Of a DNA stretch of 64,000 nt, positions 1 to 9,900 are shown in pieces. Both the position numbers and the translations under genes were made by a program. Each line of letters begins with the position of its first letter. Positions within the stretch are counted from its first letter, which is position 1. This DNA is from Myxococcales bacterium (GTDB taxonomy: Bacteria > Myxococcota_A > Polyangia > Polyangiales > Houyiibacteriaceae). The DNA lies in assembly GCA_019637115.1 (NCBI GenBank), contig JAHBWH010000010.1:18494-82493 (forward strand), given 5' to 3'. A model generated the notes under the pieces. It saw nothing but the letters and a program-made list of their open reading frames with translations, was not told where the DNA came from and searched no databases.

Positions 1-175
1 CGTCCGAGTCGATGAGCGCGAGCGTGCGCTCGTCGAGCTCGAGGCCCTTCACCGGGCAAGCGAGCGCGACCCAGAGCTTCTGATCCAGCTCTCCGAGCGC
101 GAGCAGGTCGGCGCTCGTGCGCAGCTGCACCTGGTCGACCCCGCCCGCGCGAAAGAAGCTCCACGTATGCGCCAT
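1..175 (-). CDS. 5' part of a conserved hypothetical protein (possible EF-hand-like region), runs off the window edge
   Basis: Manual translation from ATG at 175: MAHTWSFFRAGGVDQVQLRTSADLLALGELDQKLWVALACPVKGLELDERTLALIDSD; resembles a widespread conserved N-terminus (FRAGGxDQV...LDQKLWxALACP). Confidence 0.75.
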   Translation of the reverse strand, partial: MAHTWSFFRAGGVDQVQLRTSADLLALGELDQKLWVALACPVKGLELDERTLALIDSD

Positions 176-212
176 GTTCACCCTCGTCGCTGGCGACGTC
201 TCCCCGACGGCG

Positions 213-1067
213 TCAGAGGAACGTGTAGATGAGGCTCACGGTCGTGAGCGTGTCGAGCTTCTCGAAGCTGGTGCCGTCCGCGCGCTCCGCGGGGACGTTG
301 TCGAAGAGCAGCTTGAACTTCAGCTCGACCTGCAGCCGGCCCGCGATCGTGCTGCGGAGCGCCGCGTCGAAGTTGATGCGGAGGTCCTCGATCTGCTGGA
401 AGTTCAGCAGCGTCTCGACGCCGGTCAGGAACTTCACGTACTCGTTGAGGTTGTTCTCGTAGCCGAGGTAGATGCGCGCCGCGTGGACGATCTGGGTGTC
501 CTCCCCGGTCGACATCTGAATCTCGGTGAAGTTGTCGTACGTCATGTCGTAGCCGATCTCGCCCCACGCCCGGTGGTTCTCCTCCCGGACGAAGTTGCGG
601 AGATAACCGGCCTGGAGCTGGAGGCGCGTGTCGAGACCCGCGAAGGTGTCCCAGCGGTGGGCGGCGGCGACGAAGAGGGCGTCCATGCGCGTGAGGTAGA
701 AGTCGTAGCGCAGCTTCGTGTTGGAGTTCCGGACGGTGTCGACGAGCGGCGTCGTCGTGTCGCCGGCCGGGGCCGCGCGGCCGTAGTTGAAGGCCCAGTC
801 GAAGGCGGTCGCGTGGCGCCCGCGGACGAGCCGGAAGGCCGTGCCAGCCGCGAGGTTCCACGAGCGCGTGTTACCCGTCGCGACGTTCGCGCCCGCCGAG
901 ACGGCGAAGTTCGTCACGTCCTCCGAGGGCGCCTCGACGTTGGCCCGCTCGGTGAGCTGGGTCGGCGGCGGCGGGTCCTGCGCGAACGCGGGCGCAGAGA
1001 GCGCCGACAAGCCCAGGCAGATCGCTGCGAAGCGCGCGGAGGCGCATGATCGGTAGGTTCGTTCCAC
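213..1067 (-). CDS. DUF481/YdiY-like outer-membrane beta-barrel protein
   Basis: GTG at 1067 preceded by GAGGAG; signal peptide ending APAFA-Q; ATGNT motif, alternating beta-strands, C-terminal SLIYTFL. Confidence 0.8.
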   Translation of the reverse strand: MERTYRSCASARFAAICLGLSALSAPAFAQDPPPPTQLTERANVEAPSEDVTNFAVSAGANVATGNTRSWNLAAGTAFRLVRGRHATAFDWAFNYGRAAPAGDTTTPLVDTVRNSNTKLRYDFYLTRMDALFVAAAHRWDTFAGLDTRLQLQAGYLRNFVREENHRAWGEIGYDMTYDNFTEIQMSTGEDTQIVHAARIYLGYENNLNEYVKFLTGVETLLNFQQIEDLRINFDAALRSTIAGRLQVELKFKLLFDNVPAERADGTSFEKLDTLTTVSLIYTFL

Positions 1068-1137
1068 GGTCTTCTCCTCTGTGGGCATGCGCCCAACCAC
1101 CCCAAACCAGCCACCCAACCAACCCAGGCGCGCACAT

Positions 1138-1153
1138 AGCAACATCTCTGCCA
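1138..1153 (-). promoter_or_regulatory. sigma54 (-24/-12) promoter of the DUF481 gene
   Basis: Minus strand reads TGGCAGAGATGTTGCT: GG-N10-GC with TTGCT, near the TGGCAC-N5-TTGCW consensus. Confidence 0.7.
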
Positions 1154-1275
1154 GCGGGGCACCACTTTCTGGCGTTCGCGACGGGGGGAGTGGACTACTG
1201 AACGTCCGTGAACGGGGCCTACGCCCTCTCAGGCGCCGTCGCCGTCGGTCAGGGCCCACGACGACCGTGACACCC

Positions 1276-2448
1276 ATGCACCCGACCAGCCCCGATCCCC
1301 GAACGCACTGGACCCTCGAAGCCGACCTCGCGTTCTTGAACCACGGCTCCTTCGGCGCCTGCCCGCGTGAGGTGCTCGACGCACAGGCTGCGCATCGCGC
1401 TCGGATGGAGGCGCAACCCGTGCGCTTCTTCGTCGAGGAGCTCGAGCCAGCGCTCGAGGCCACTAGGCGCGAGGTCGCGGTGTTCCTCCGCGCGGAACCG
1501 GACGACCTCGTCTTCGTCCGGAACGCCACCGAGGGCGTCAACGCCGTCCTCCGCTCCCTCCGCTTCGCGCCGGGCGACGCGATCCTGATCACCGACCACG
1601 GCTACCACGCGGTCGAGAACGCCGCGCGCTACGTCGCCGCCCGCGAGGGGGCGCGCGTCGACGTCGCGAAGGTCCCCTTCCCGCTCACCGATCCGGAGCA
1701 GGTCACGCGCGCCGTGCTCGACGCGCTCACGCCGACGACCCGGCTCGTCATCGTCGATCACGTCACGAGCCCCACCGGCCTCGTCTTCCCCGTCGAAGCG
1801 ATCGCGCGGGCCCTCGACGCGCGCGGCGTCGATCTCCTCGTGGACGGCGCCCACGCGCCAGGGATGCTCGACCTCGACCTCCGCGCGCTCGGCGCCGCCT
1901 ATTACACGGGCAACTTCCACAAATGGATCTGCGCCCCCAAGGGCGCCGCCTTCCTGCACGTCCGTCGTGACCGACAGGGCCCGATCGTCCCGCCGGTCAT
2001 CAGCCACGGCCTCGACTCGACGCGCCCGCGGGCCCGCTTCCTCGAGACCTTCGACTGGACGGGCACCCACGATCCGAGCGCGGTGCTCGCGATCCCCGCG
2101 GCCCTCGCCTTCGTCGATCGGTGGTTCGGCGGCTGGCCCCGCCTACGCGAGTCCAACCGCGCGCTCGCGCTCGCCGCCCGCGACCGACTCGCCGAGGTCC
2201 TCGGCGTCGCCCCACCCGCGCCGGACTCGATGATCGGCTCGCTCGTCGCGTTGCCCCTGCCGCCAGGCGGCGGCCGACCCACGTCGCACCTCTACACGGA
2301 TCCGCTCCAGACGGAGCTCCGCGAGGCCCATCGCATCGAGGTCCCGATCGTCCCATGGCCCGCGCCCCCCGCCCGCCTCGTGCGGGTGAGCGCGATGCCC
2401 TACGTGACGCTCGAAGACATCGAGCGGCTGGCCCACGCGCTCCGCTGA
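1276..2448 (+). CDS. PLP-dependent class V aminotransferase-fold enzyme (isopenicillin N epimerase / L-cysteine desulfhydrase-like)
   Basis: FLNHGSFGA, NATEG, DHVTSPTG, VDGAH, and GNFHKW (PLP lysine). Confidence 0.9.
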   Translation: MHPTSPDPRTHWTLEADLAFLNHGSFGACPREVLDAQAAHRARMEAQPVRFFVEELEPALEATRREVAVFLRAEPDDLVFVRNATEGVNAVLRSLRFAPGDAILITDHGYHAVENAARYVAAREGARVDVAKVPFPLTDPEQVTRAVLDALTPTTRLVIVDHVTSPTGLVFPVEAIARALDARGVDLLVDGAHAPGMLDLDLRALGAAYYTGNFHKWICAPKGAAFLHVRRDRQGPIVPPVISHGLDSTRPRARFLETFDWTGTHDPSAVLAIPAALAFVDRWFGGWPRLRESNRALALAARDRLAEVLGVAPPAPDSMIGSLVALPLPPGGGRPTSHLYTDPLQTELREAHRIEVPIVPWPAPPARLVRVSAMPYVTLEDIERLAHALR

Positions 2449-2559
2449 CCGAGCGACCGAAACCACGCAGCCAGAATCCGACCCGGCGTCAGAAGGCGCG
2501 AACGTCGCCCTCGTCCCGGGTCCGGCGCCAAGCGTGGAAGCTCATGACCACGAGCGGGA

Positions 2560-3291
2560 TCACGAACGCGCCGAAGAAGAGGAACGCGCCGTGATGCACG
2601 AGACCTCGCCAGCGATCGCGAACGCGTCGATCCGCGACCACGCGAACGCCTGTGGCCCGGTGGGCAATCCCACGACGCAGCCGTCCGGCGCCAAGACCAA
2701 GACACGCGCGTCTCGGCGACGCGCTCGTCGTGCGGCGAGCACGCGCGGCGTGATCGCGCCGAGCGCCGTCCCCGCGACCACCGACGCGAGGAGCGGCGCG
2801 CCGGCGAGCACGCCGAGGTAGAGCCCCGAGAGCGCCCCCGCGGCGCCCACGGCGACCCGCTCGAAGGCGACGGTCGCGGGCGCCCTCGGCCCGGCCCCGA
2901 CGGGCACCTCGAGGGCGCCCGGCACGGCTTGGCGCGCGATCACGCGCTCGAGCAGGGTCGCCTCGTCGAGCCGCGGGCGAGCGGGCGCCGCCCGATACCC
3001 GATCTGCTGCGACCGCTCCCGGATGGTGGCCGCGAGGCCCTCGATCCCCCGCTCCCGGAGCGAGGGCGGCAGCGCGTCGAGCTCGAGCGCGATCCACGGC
3101 GGGGCCGGGGGCTCACGCGGCAGGAGCACGAGCAGGCGCTCCGGAGGCAGCGCCGCCACCCCGAGCACCTGCTCCCATCGGGCGCGCAACACCCGTCGCG
3201 GCGAGAGCCGAAGCGCGAGCCCCTCGGCCGCGAGCTCGATCGGCTCGCCCAGCGTGCCCTCGCGCTCTTCGACCCAGTCACTCGTCCGCAT
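2560..3291 (-). CDS. hypothetical membrane protein, 3' end possibly disrupted
   Basis: Overlaps the stop of the upstream CPBP gene; central hydrophobic hairpin; low-complexity end. Confidence 0.6.
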   Translation of the reverse strand: MRTSDWVEEREGTLGEPIELAAEGLALRLSPRRVLRARWEQVLGVAALPPERLLVLLPREPPAPPWIALELDALPPSLRERGIEGLAATIRERSQQIGYRAAPARPRLDEATLLERVIARQAVPGALEVPVGAGPRAPATVAFERVAVGAAGALSGLYLGVLAGAPLLASVVAGTALGAITPRVLAARRARRRDARVLVLAPDGCVVGLPTGPQAFAWSRIDAFAIAGEVSCITARSSSSARS

Positions 3292-4096
3292 CGTCGAGCC
3301 AGACCAGCGCCGCGAGCGCCGCCGCTGCGAGCGCGGCGCTGCCGAGCACGAGCGGCAGTGGCACGTGGAGGACCTCGTCGGCGAAGACGTTGACGCTGGG
3401 GATCGCGAAGAGCTCGGGGGGCACCAGCACGGGCACCGCGTTCACCATCGCGTGCAGCGCGAGCCCAGGGAGCACCGAGCGCGTGCGCAACCGGATCGCG
3501 CCGAGCACGAGGCCCGCCAAGAAGGCGACGACGGCCGCCGCCGGGCGGCCGTGCATCAGCCCAAAGAAGAGCGCCGAGAGCACGAGCGCGACGCGCTCGT
3601 CGTAGGCGCGCGCGAGCCCGGGCAGCAGCAGGCCGCGGAAGAGCAGCTCCTCGACGACGGGCGCGATGACGACGACCGCGAGCACCACGAGCACTCCGTC
3701 GAGGGCGCCGTCGATGCGCAGCAGGTCGCGGACGGCGTGAGCGTGGCGCAGGTCTCGCCCGATCAGCTCGTGGACCAGGTTGCCGACCTCGGCGAGCGGG
3801 AGCTGCAGCGCCGCGCCCGCGAGCGCCGCGAGCCCGAGCGTCGTCCACGAGGTCGGCCGCAGCGCGAGCGCCTCGCGCGCCGGCACCCCGTCATGCCCGC
3901 GCACGCCCCAGAGGATCGCCGCGCCGAAGGCGAGGAGCTGCGCGAGGCCGAGGCTCAAAGGATCGCGCATCACCGCTGCGGCGGCTTCGCCGAAGCTCGC
4001 GCCGCGGAGCATGCGCACGCCCGCCGCGACGAGCTGGACGCCGAGCGCGCCGAGCGTGGCGAGCACGACGTAGCCGAGCGCCGCGTGCCAGCGCAT
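3278..4096 (-). CDS. CPBP/Abi (CAAX protease-like) intramembrane metalloprotease
   Basis: APVVEELLFRG, FFGLMH and LHAMVN motifs; multiple TM helices. Confidence 0.9.
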   Translation of the reverse strand: MRWHAALGYVVLATLGALGVQLVAAGVRMLRGASFGEAAAAVMRDPLSLGLAQLLAFGAAILWGVRGHDGVPAREALALRPTSWTTLGLAALAGAALQLPLAEVGNLVHELIGRDLRHAHAVRDLLRIDGALDGVLVVLAVVVIAPVVEELLFRGLLLPGLARAYDERVALVLSALFFGLMHGRPAAAVVAFLAGLVLGAIRLRTRSVLPGLALHAMVNAVPVLVPPELFAIPSVNVFADEVLHVPLPLVLGSAALAAAALAALVWLDDADE

Positions 4097-4135
4097 CGGA
4101 GGCCCTTGGCGCTCGAGGACGACCACGTCGCGGGC

Positions 4136-6256
4136 TCAGCGACGCAGGAGGTGTTGGGCCATGGCGTGCTCGTAGAAACCCACCATGCCGAGGCCGACGA
4201 CCTGCTCGAAGAGCTGGCGCGCGCCCGCAGCGTCGCCCTCCGCGAGGCGACGCGCGCCCTCGTAGAAGAGCGCCTCGGTGCGCTCCCCCACCCCGTCGGC
4301 GGCGCGGCTGAGCTCGTCGAAGGGCAGCGCGCCCGTGCCGAAGGCCGCGAGCTTGCCGCTCCAGCCGTTCTCGCTGACCTGGTCGCGCAAGACCTCGACG
4401 ACGTCCGTGTCGACCGGGGCCCCGACACGCGCGGCGATCACCTTCACCCAGAGCGCGAAGTACACGCGCCACTGCGGCTCGAGTGTCACCTGGCGCTGAG
4501 CCTCGCGGAAGATCTCCTGCGCGAGCTCCAGGCTCGGCTCGGGGCTCGACACGAGGTGCGAGAGCGCCGTCGCGTAGGTCTCGCGCAGACGCGGCGCGGC
4601 GCGGAGCGCAGCGCGAAACGCACCCCCCGCGTCGTTGTGGCGCCCCAGCAGGTCGAGGAGGATCGCGCGGCGGGTGTGGATCTCGGCGAGCACCGCCGGC
4701 TCCTCGGCCTGCGGGGCGAAGCGGTCCCACTGCTCGAGGGCCTGCCGCCACATCCGCTCGGCCTGCGAGGCGTTCCCTGCGGCCGCGAACGAGTCGCCGA
4801 GCGATTGGATGATGGTCGCCCGACGCAGCTCGTCGAGCGGGCTCGTGCTCGGCGTGAGATCGAGCGCCCGACGGTAGTGGCGCACCGCGTCCTCGGCGGC
4901 GCCGGTCCGCAGCGCGAGCAGCCCGAGCTGCGCGAGCGCGTCGGCCGACTCTTGCGCCTGCAGGCTCGCCTCGAAGCGGCGCGCCGCCTCACCCGGGTTG
5001 CCCGAGTGCATCTCGGCCGTGCCGACGAGCAGCTCGATGCGCGCGCGCGCTACCGGCGGCTCGGCCTGAGGGAAGCGCGACGCGCGCTCGTCGAGGATGC
5101 GCAGCGCGCGGTCGGCCAGGCGGCGCGCGCCCGTCGCGTCGGCCCCGAAGAGGCCGCGCTCGAGGAGCTCGTCGATGGCCGCGAGCGCCTCGTCGTAGAG
5201 CTCGCGGCGCGTCGGCGCGCGCTCGATCGCGGAGGCGAAGTAGGCGAGCGCGTCGTCGGAGCGGTCGTCGACGACGGCGATCCGCGCCAGGCACGCGAGG
5301 AAGCGCGGATCGTCGGCGAAGCGCCGCTGCCCGAGGCGACACAGGCCCGTGGCCGACTGGGGGCGGGCCTCGCGGTAGACCTCGGCGAGCTCCACCGCGG
5401 CGTCGGCCGCGCGGGCACCGGAGCCTTGGACGAACTCCAGCGCGCGGATGAGCTGGCCCGCGGTCTCGCCGCGGTCATCGAGCCCTCGGAGGTGGGCGAG
5501 CGCGTCGCCCACGCGCCCGTGCCGCAGGTAGACCGCGGCGACGTCCAGGGGCGCGAGCCGGAGCACCTGCGCCGAGAGGGGGCCCATGCGCAGGAGCGCC
5601 TCCGGCCCCTGGCGGAACCCCTCGGTGATGGAGTCGCGGCGGTCGACGTGGAGCTGCGCGAGCGTCGCGAGCACGTCCGGCGCGGGCGCGAGGCGCGAGG
5701 CCTCGTCCCATTGGTCAATGAGCCCCGTGTAGCGCTGGAACGCCGTCGGGAAGGTCGACCGCGCGTCGCGACCCCAGGTCGTCACGAGCGCGAGCTCTTC
5801 TTGGACGCGCGCGTCGTCGGGGTGGATCGCGCGCAGGAGCCGCAGCGCGCCGATGACCTTGCCCTCCTGGCCGAGGCGCTCGGCGCGCGCGACGAGCGCG
5901 CGGGCGACGGGCTCGAACGCGGCGGGGACGTCACCCGACTCGACGTCTTCGGGGGTGAGCAGGTCCGAGAGTCGCTCGAGGTGCCGCGCGATTACCTCGG
6001 AGTCGCCACGGCGCAGCATCCGGTCGGAGCCTCGATCCAACCAGTCGACGAGCGCGTCGCGGAGCTGGCGCCGGGCGGGGTCGTCGGGTGGCAGCGCGTG
6101 GTACGCGCGCAGCAGATCGGGGCCGGTCTGGTCGTCGATCCGATCGGGCACCGGAGCGCCCAGCGCGGTCGTCGTCTGGCCGTTTCGGCCCGCCGTCGCG
6201 CACGCGAGCAGCACGAACGGCAAGACGATGAGGAGGGGTCGCACGAAGGTCTTCAT
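4136..6256 (-). CDS. TPR-repeat lipoprotein
   Basis: MKTFVRPLLIVLPFVLLAC lipobox; repeated helical TPR-like patterns (A..AV.HY.RAL.L). Confidence 0.8.
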   Translation of the reverse strand: MKTFVRPLLIVLPFVLLACATAGRNGQTTTALGAPVPDRIDDQTGPDLLRAYHALPPDDPARRQLRDALVDWLDRGSDRMLRRGDSEVIARHLERLSDLLTPEDVESGDVPAAFEPVARALVARAERLGQEGKVIGALRLLRAIHPDDARVQEELALVTTWGRDARSTFPTAFQRYTGLIDQWDEASRLAPAPDVLATLAQLHVDRRDSITEGFRQGPEALLRMGPLSAQVLRLAPLDVAAVYLRHGRVGDALAHLRGLDDRGETAGQLIRALEFVQGSGARAADAAVELAEVYREARPQSATGLCRLGQRRFADDPRFLACLARIAVVDDRSDDALAYFASAIERAPTRRELYDEALAAIDELLERGLFGADATGARRLADRALRILDERASRFPQAEPPVARARIELLVGTAEMHSGNPGEAARRFEASLQAQESADALAQLGLLALRTGAAEDAVRHYRRALDLTPSTSPLDELRRATIIQSLGDSFAAAGNASQAERMWRQALEQWDRFAPQAEEPAVLAEIHTRRAILLDLLGRHNDAGGAFRAALRAAPRLRETYATALSHLVSSPEPSLELAQEIFREAQRQVTLEPQWRVYFALWVKVIAARVGAPVDTDVVEVLRDQVSENGWSGKLAAFGTGALPFDELSRAADGVGERTEALFYEGARRLAEGDAAGARQLFEQVVGLGMVGFYEHAMAQHLLRR

Positions 6257-6450
6257 GGGGCCGGTCGCCCGAGCATAGCAAGAACGCCCCCTGGTGCCCC
6301 CAAACCGAAGTTCGTCCCAGGTATCCGCGGCCCTCGTCGCGGATCGCGACCGAGCGCGCGCGGGTCGTCCCCTGACGTCGGGCGTGGCGTCCGACGGCCC
6401 CGTCGAACGCCACGCTCGACGACCCGTCGCACCTGCCCCATGGTCTGGAG

Positions 6451-6912
6451 GTGTCCGAGACGTTTCCCGACGCCCCCCCGACCGAGCCCGAACGCGCGCT
6501 CCCGCCCCGCCTCGTCCTCTACGACGGCGTCTGCGGGCTCTGCGACCGGACGGTGCAGTGGCTTCTCGACCGCGACCCGGAGGGCAACCTCCGCTTCGCG
6601 ACGCTCCAGGGCGAGACGGGGCGCGCCGTGCTCGCGCGGCACCCCGAGCTCCCGGCCGGCCTCGACAGCGTGCTCTTCGTCGAGCGCCGCGACGGCGTCG
6701 AGCGCGTCTCCTATCGAAGCCGCGCGCTCTTCCAGATCGCGCGCCACCTGCAGGGCGCGCTGCCACGGTTCCTCTCGATCTTCCGGTTCGTCCCGGCGTT
6801 CCTGACCGACCTCGGGTACCGGCTCGTCGCCCGAGTGCGCTATCGGATCTGGGGCAAGCTCGACGCATGCCGCGTCCCGAGCCCCGGCGAGCGCGCGCGC
6901 TTCCTCGACTGA
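6451..6912 (+). CDS. DCC1-like thiol-disulfide oxidoreductase (DUF393)
   Basis: LYDGVCGLC, FATLQG and YRLVARVRYRIWG motifs. Confidence 0.9.
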   Translation: MSETFPDAPPTEPERALPPRLVLYDGVCGLCDRTVQWLLDRDPEGNLRFATLQGETGRAVLARHPELPAGLDSVLFVERRDGVERVSYRSRALFQIARHLQGALPRFLSIFRFVPAFLTDLGYRLVARVRYRIWGKLDACRVPSPGERARFLD

Positions 6913-6918
6913 CGCCCC

Positions 6919-9900
6919 TCAAGCCGCGAGGAAGATCCGGATCCACCGCGCGGGGTCGGCGACACCTTCGCCCCGCAGCGGGGACTCCGCGGTGCTCTCG
7001 CCGTGCCAGAGCAGCGTCGCAGCCGCGTGGAGCGTCATCTGTGCCGCGCCGAAGGCCGCCGAGGCCTCGCGCACCGCGGAGACCTCGTCCTTCGACGAGC
7101 CCTTTCGGCGCGCGACCCCCGCTCGGAGCATTGCGGCGTACCCACGCGCGTAGGGGCGCCCGGTACGCGCGAGCCAGCGAGCGCGCTCGTCGATCCGCGA
7201 CAACGAGGCGTCCGCATCACCCGCGGCGTGGGCGGCGAGCTCCACGCACCCCTCGAGGAACGACGCCTCGGCCTTGAAGAGCTGCACCGAGAGGAGCCCC
7301 GATCGCGCGAGCGCGGGCGCGAGCGCCGCGACGCGACGTCGCGCGGCCCCAACGTCACCCGCGTAGAGCTCGCACCAAACCAACGTCTTCTCCGCGAAGA
7401 AATGCTGAAACGTGAGCTCGTCGGACCGCCATTGAGAGACGACCTCGTGGATCTGCGCCCTCGCGTCGTCCACTCGCCCGGCGGCGAGCGCGAGCTTGGC
7501 CTCGATCACCGTGGCGATGAGGAGCGAGAACCGATCGTTCGTCTGCTCGGCGCGTCGGAGCACGACGTCGACACGCGAGCGCGCCTCCCCCAGGCGGCCG
7601 AGCCAGACGAGCGACTGCAAGCAGGTGTTGTCGAGGATCGAGCGCTCCCACGAGACGCCTGCGACCCCCGAGAGGGCGACGGCGGTCTCGTCCAGGCGCT
7701 CGATGGCGTCGGCGAATCGTCCGACCGCGGAGAAGGCGACGCCCTCCGCGAGCCCGATCCGCGCCACGAGCACCGGGTCCTGGGTCTTCCGCGCGAGAGC
7801 CGTCGCCTGCTCGATCAGGCGGAACCCACGGCGCGCCGCGCGCTCGGTCCCCGCGTAGGTGGTCATCAAGCCGTAGTAGTCGATCCCACGGACGATCCCG
7901 TTCGTGTAACCGACGCGCAACGACCGCGAGAGCGCCTCGAGGGCGAAGTATCCGCCGAGGATGGGGCTGAAATTCGCGTACCCACGGTTGGCCGCGAGCA
8001 AGAGGTCGATGCGCTCGCGCTCGTCGATCGGCACCGTCTTGGTCGGCACCGTCTTGGTCGGCACCGTCTTGGTCGGCACCGTCTTGGTCGGCACCGTCTC
8101 GGTCGGCGCGCCGCGCGGCGTCGTCCCGCGAATCCGCAGCCACGCCATCCGCCGCACCAGGCCGGCGATGGCGCGCCATCGACTCTTCGGGAACACCAAC
8201 CCAACCTCCTCGAACAGGCTCGCGAGGACCTCCCCGCCGAGGTCGAGCTCCGCGCCGGTGAGGTAGTGCTCGGCCGCGAGCCGACGCAGCTCTCGCCCAC
8301 GCGCGAGGTCGTCACGCGCGCACGCGAGGAACGCATCTCCGGCCTCCTTCGCGCGCCCCGCGTTCCCAAGCGCCACGGCGCGGGCCTGGGCGAGCGCGGG
8401 CAGCCGCTCGGGGGCCGTCGCCGCGAGATCTCGAGCCGCGTCGGCGTAGTAGTCGGCGGCTTGTCCGAAGGCGAGCGCGTGCTCCGCCGCAGCCGCGGCT
8501 TGCAGCGCGTACTCGCCCGCGCGCGACGTGCGACCCGCGCCCCGGTAGTGGTGCGCGAGCGCGCCCGGATCCGCGCCGCCGACGCGCTCGAGCGCGCGCG
8601 CCAGTGTGAGGTGGCGGTTCCCGAGTGAGTCGGGGTGAATCTGCGCGAGCACGCTGGCGCGCGTGCGATCGTGATAAGGCTCGAGCTGGTCGTCGCCGCG
8701 TACGAGGTGGTACCGCCCGAGGCTCGCGAGCACGTCGGCCAGTGGCACGTCGACGCTCGTCTCTTCGAGGGCCTCGGCCACGACGCGCGGCGCCACGGGG
8801 CGGTGCGCCACCGACACGAGCTCCACGACCGCGCGTAGCTCCGGCGGGACCCGCGCGAGGCGCGCGAGGATCAGATCCTCGACCTCGACGCCATCTCGGG
8901 CCGTCGTGGTCGAGAGGAACGCATCGGTCCGCTCGCGTTCGACGAGCTCCTCGAGCAAGAGCGGGACACCTCGCGACTGGCGGGCCAGGCGCAGGTCTCG
9001 CTCGGCGTCGGCGGCGCCGAAGAGCGACGCGGAGAGCGCGGCGGCTTCGGCCTCCGTGAGCGGCGCGACGTCTACGTGGACGACCTGCGTCGTTCCATCG
9101 GAGGCGCGCGGCAGGGCCCGCACGACCGGGCCGGCCGCCTCGTCCTCGCGATACGACGCGACGACCAGCACCCGCCCGAGGCTGCTGACGCGGAGCAGGT
9201 CCGTCATCAAGAGCGCGCTGTCCTCGTCGCTCCACTGGAGGTCGTCGATGGCCAGCACGAGCACGCGGTCGCCCGCGACGCGCGTGAGCAGCTCCTGCAG
9301 ACCGGCGAAGGCCCGGCGCCTCGCCTCGACCGGCGACGTGTCCTCCCACCGCTCCGGCACCGACCGCGCGAGCGCGGGCACCTGCGCGAGCGCGGGGAAG
9401 AGTCGCGTGAGCTCGGCGACGTGGGCGCTCGTGAGCGCGGCGACCTCCTCCTCCGGCCAACGAATCAACGCGGCGGCGACGCCGTCCATGCAGCCATCGA
9501 ACGCTTGGTAGGGGAGGCGCGCCTGTCGGAAGCAACGCGAGGACGACACGAGAGCGTCGCCGCGCGCGCAGACCTCGGCGAGGAAGGCGCTCACGAGCCC
9601 GCTTTTGCCGACCCCCGAACGCCCGCGCACGTGCACGACGACACGCCCGTCGCGCGCCGCCTCGAACGCCCGCCGCAGCGATGCCAGCTCGTCGTCGCGT
9701 CCAACGATGGTCGCGCGGCTCCCCTCGGCGCCCGATGGGCTCCCGAGGTGGAGGCGGGCGAGGATCTCCGCGCGGCTCGGGCGCGCGGACGGATCACGGC
9801 GGAGCAGATCCATTGCGAGCTCTGCGAGCGTCGAATCGAGCGCGCACACCGACGGTTCGAGCGGCTCCGGATCGGCGAGCAGCTTCTGCGCCATGATCGC

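Noticed and set aside
1276-2448. Beta-lactam biosynthesis (cefD)
   Set aside because: No ACV synthetase or IPNS nearby; the family is widespread as C-S lyases.
6275-6304. sigma54 promoter for the TPR lipoprotein
   Set aside because: GGCAC and TTGC are present but GG-to-GC spacing is not 10; TGCTATGCT fits an extended -10 better.
3023-6805. 1260-aa plus-strand ORF, and similar giants at 10689-13004, 15778-18078, 24825-28019, 43281-46154, 54408-57605 and 59910-63548
   Set aside because: Antisense shadows of motif-bearing genes; stop codons are scarce at this GC content and the translations have no family motifs.
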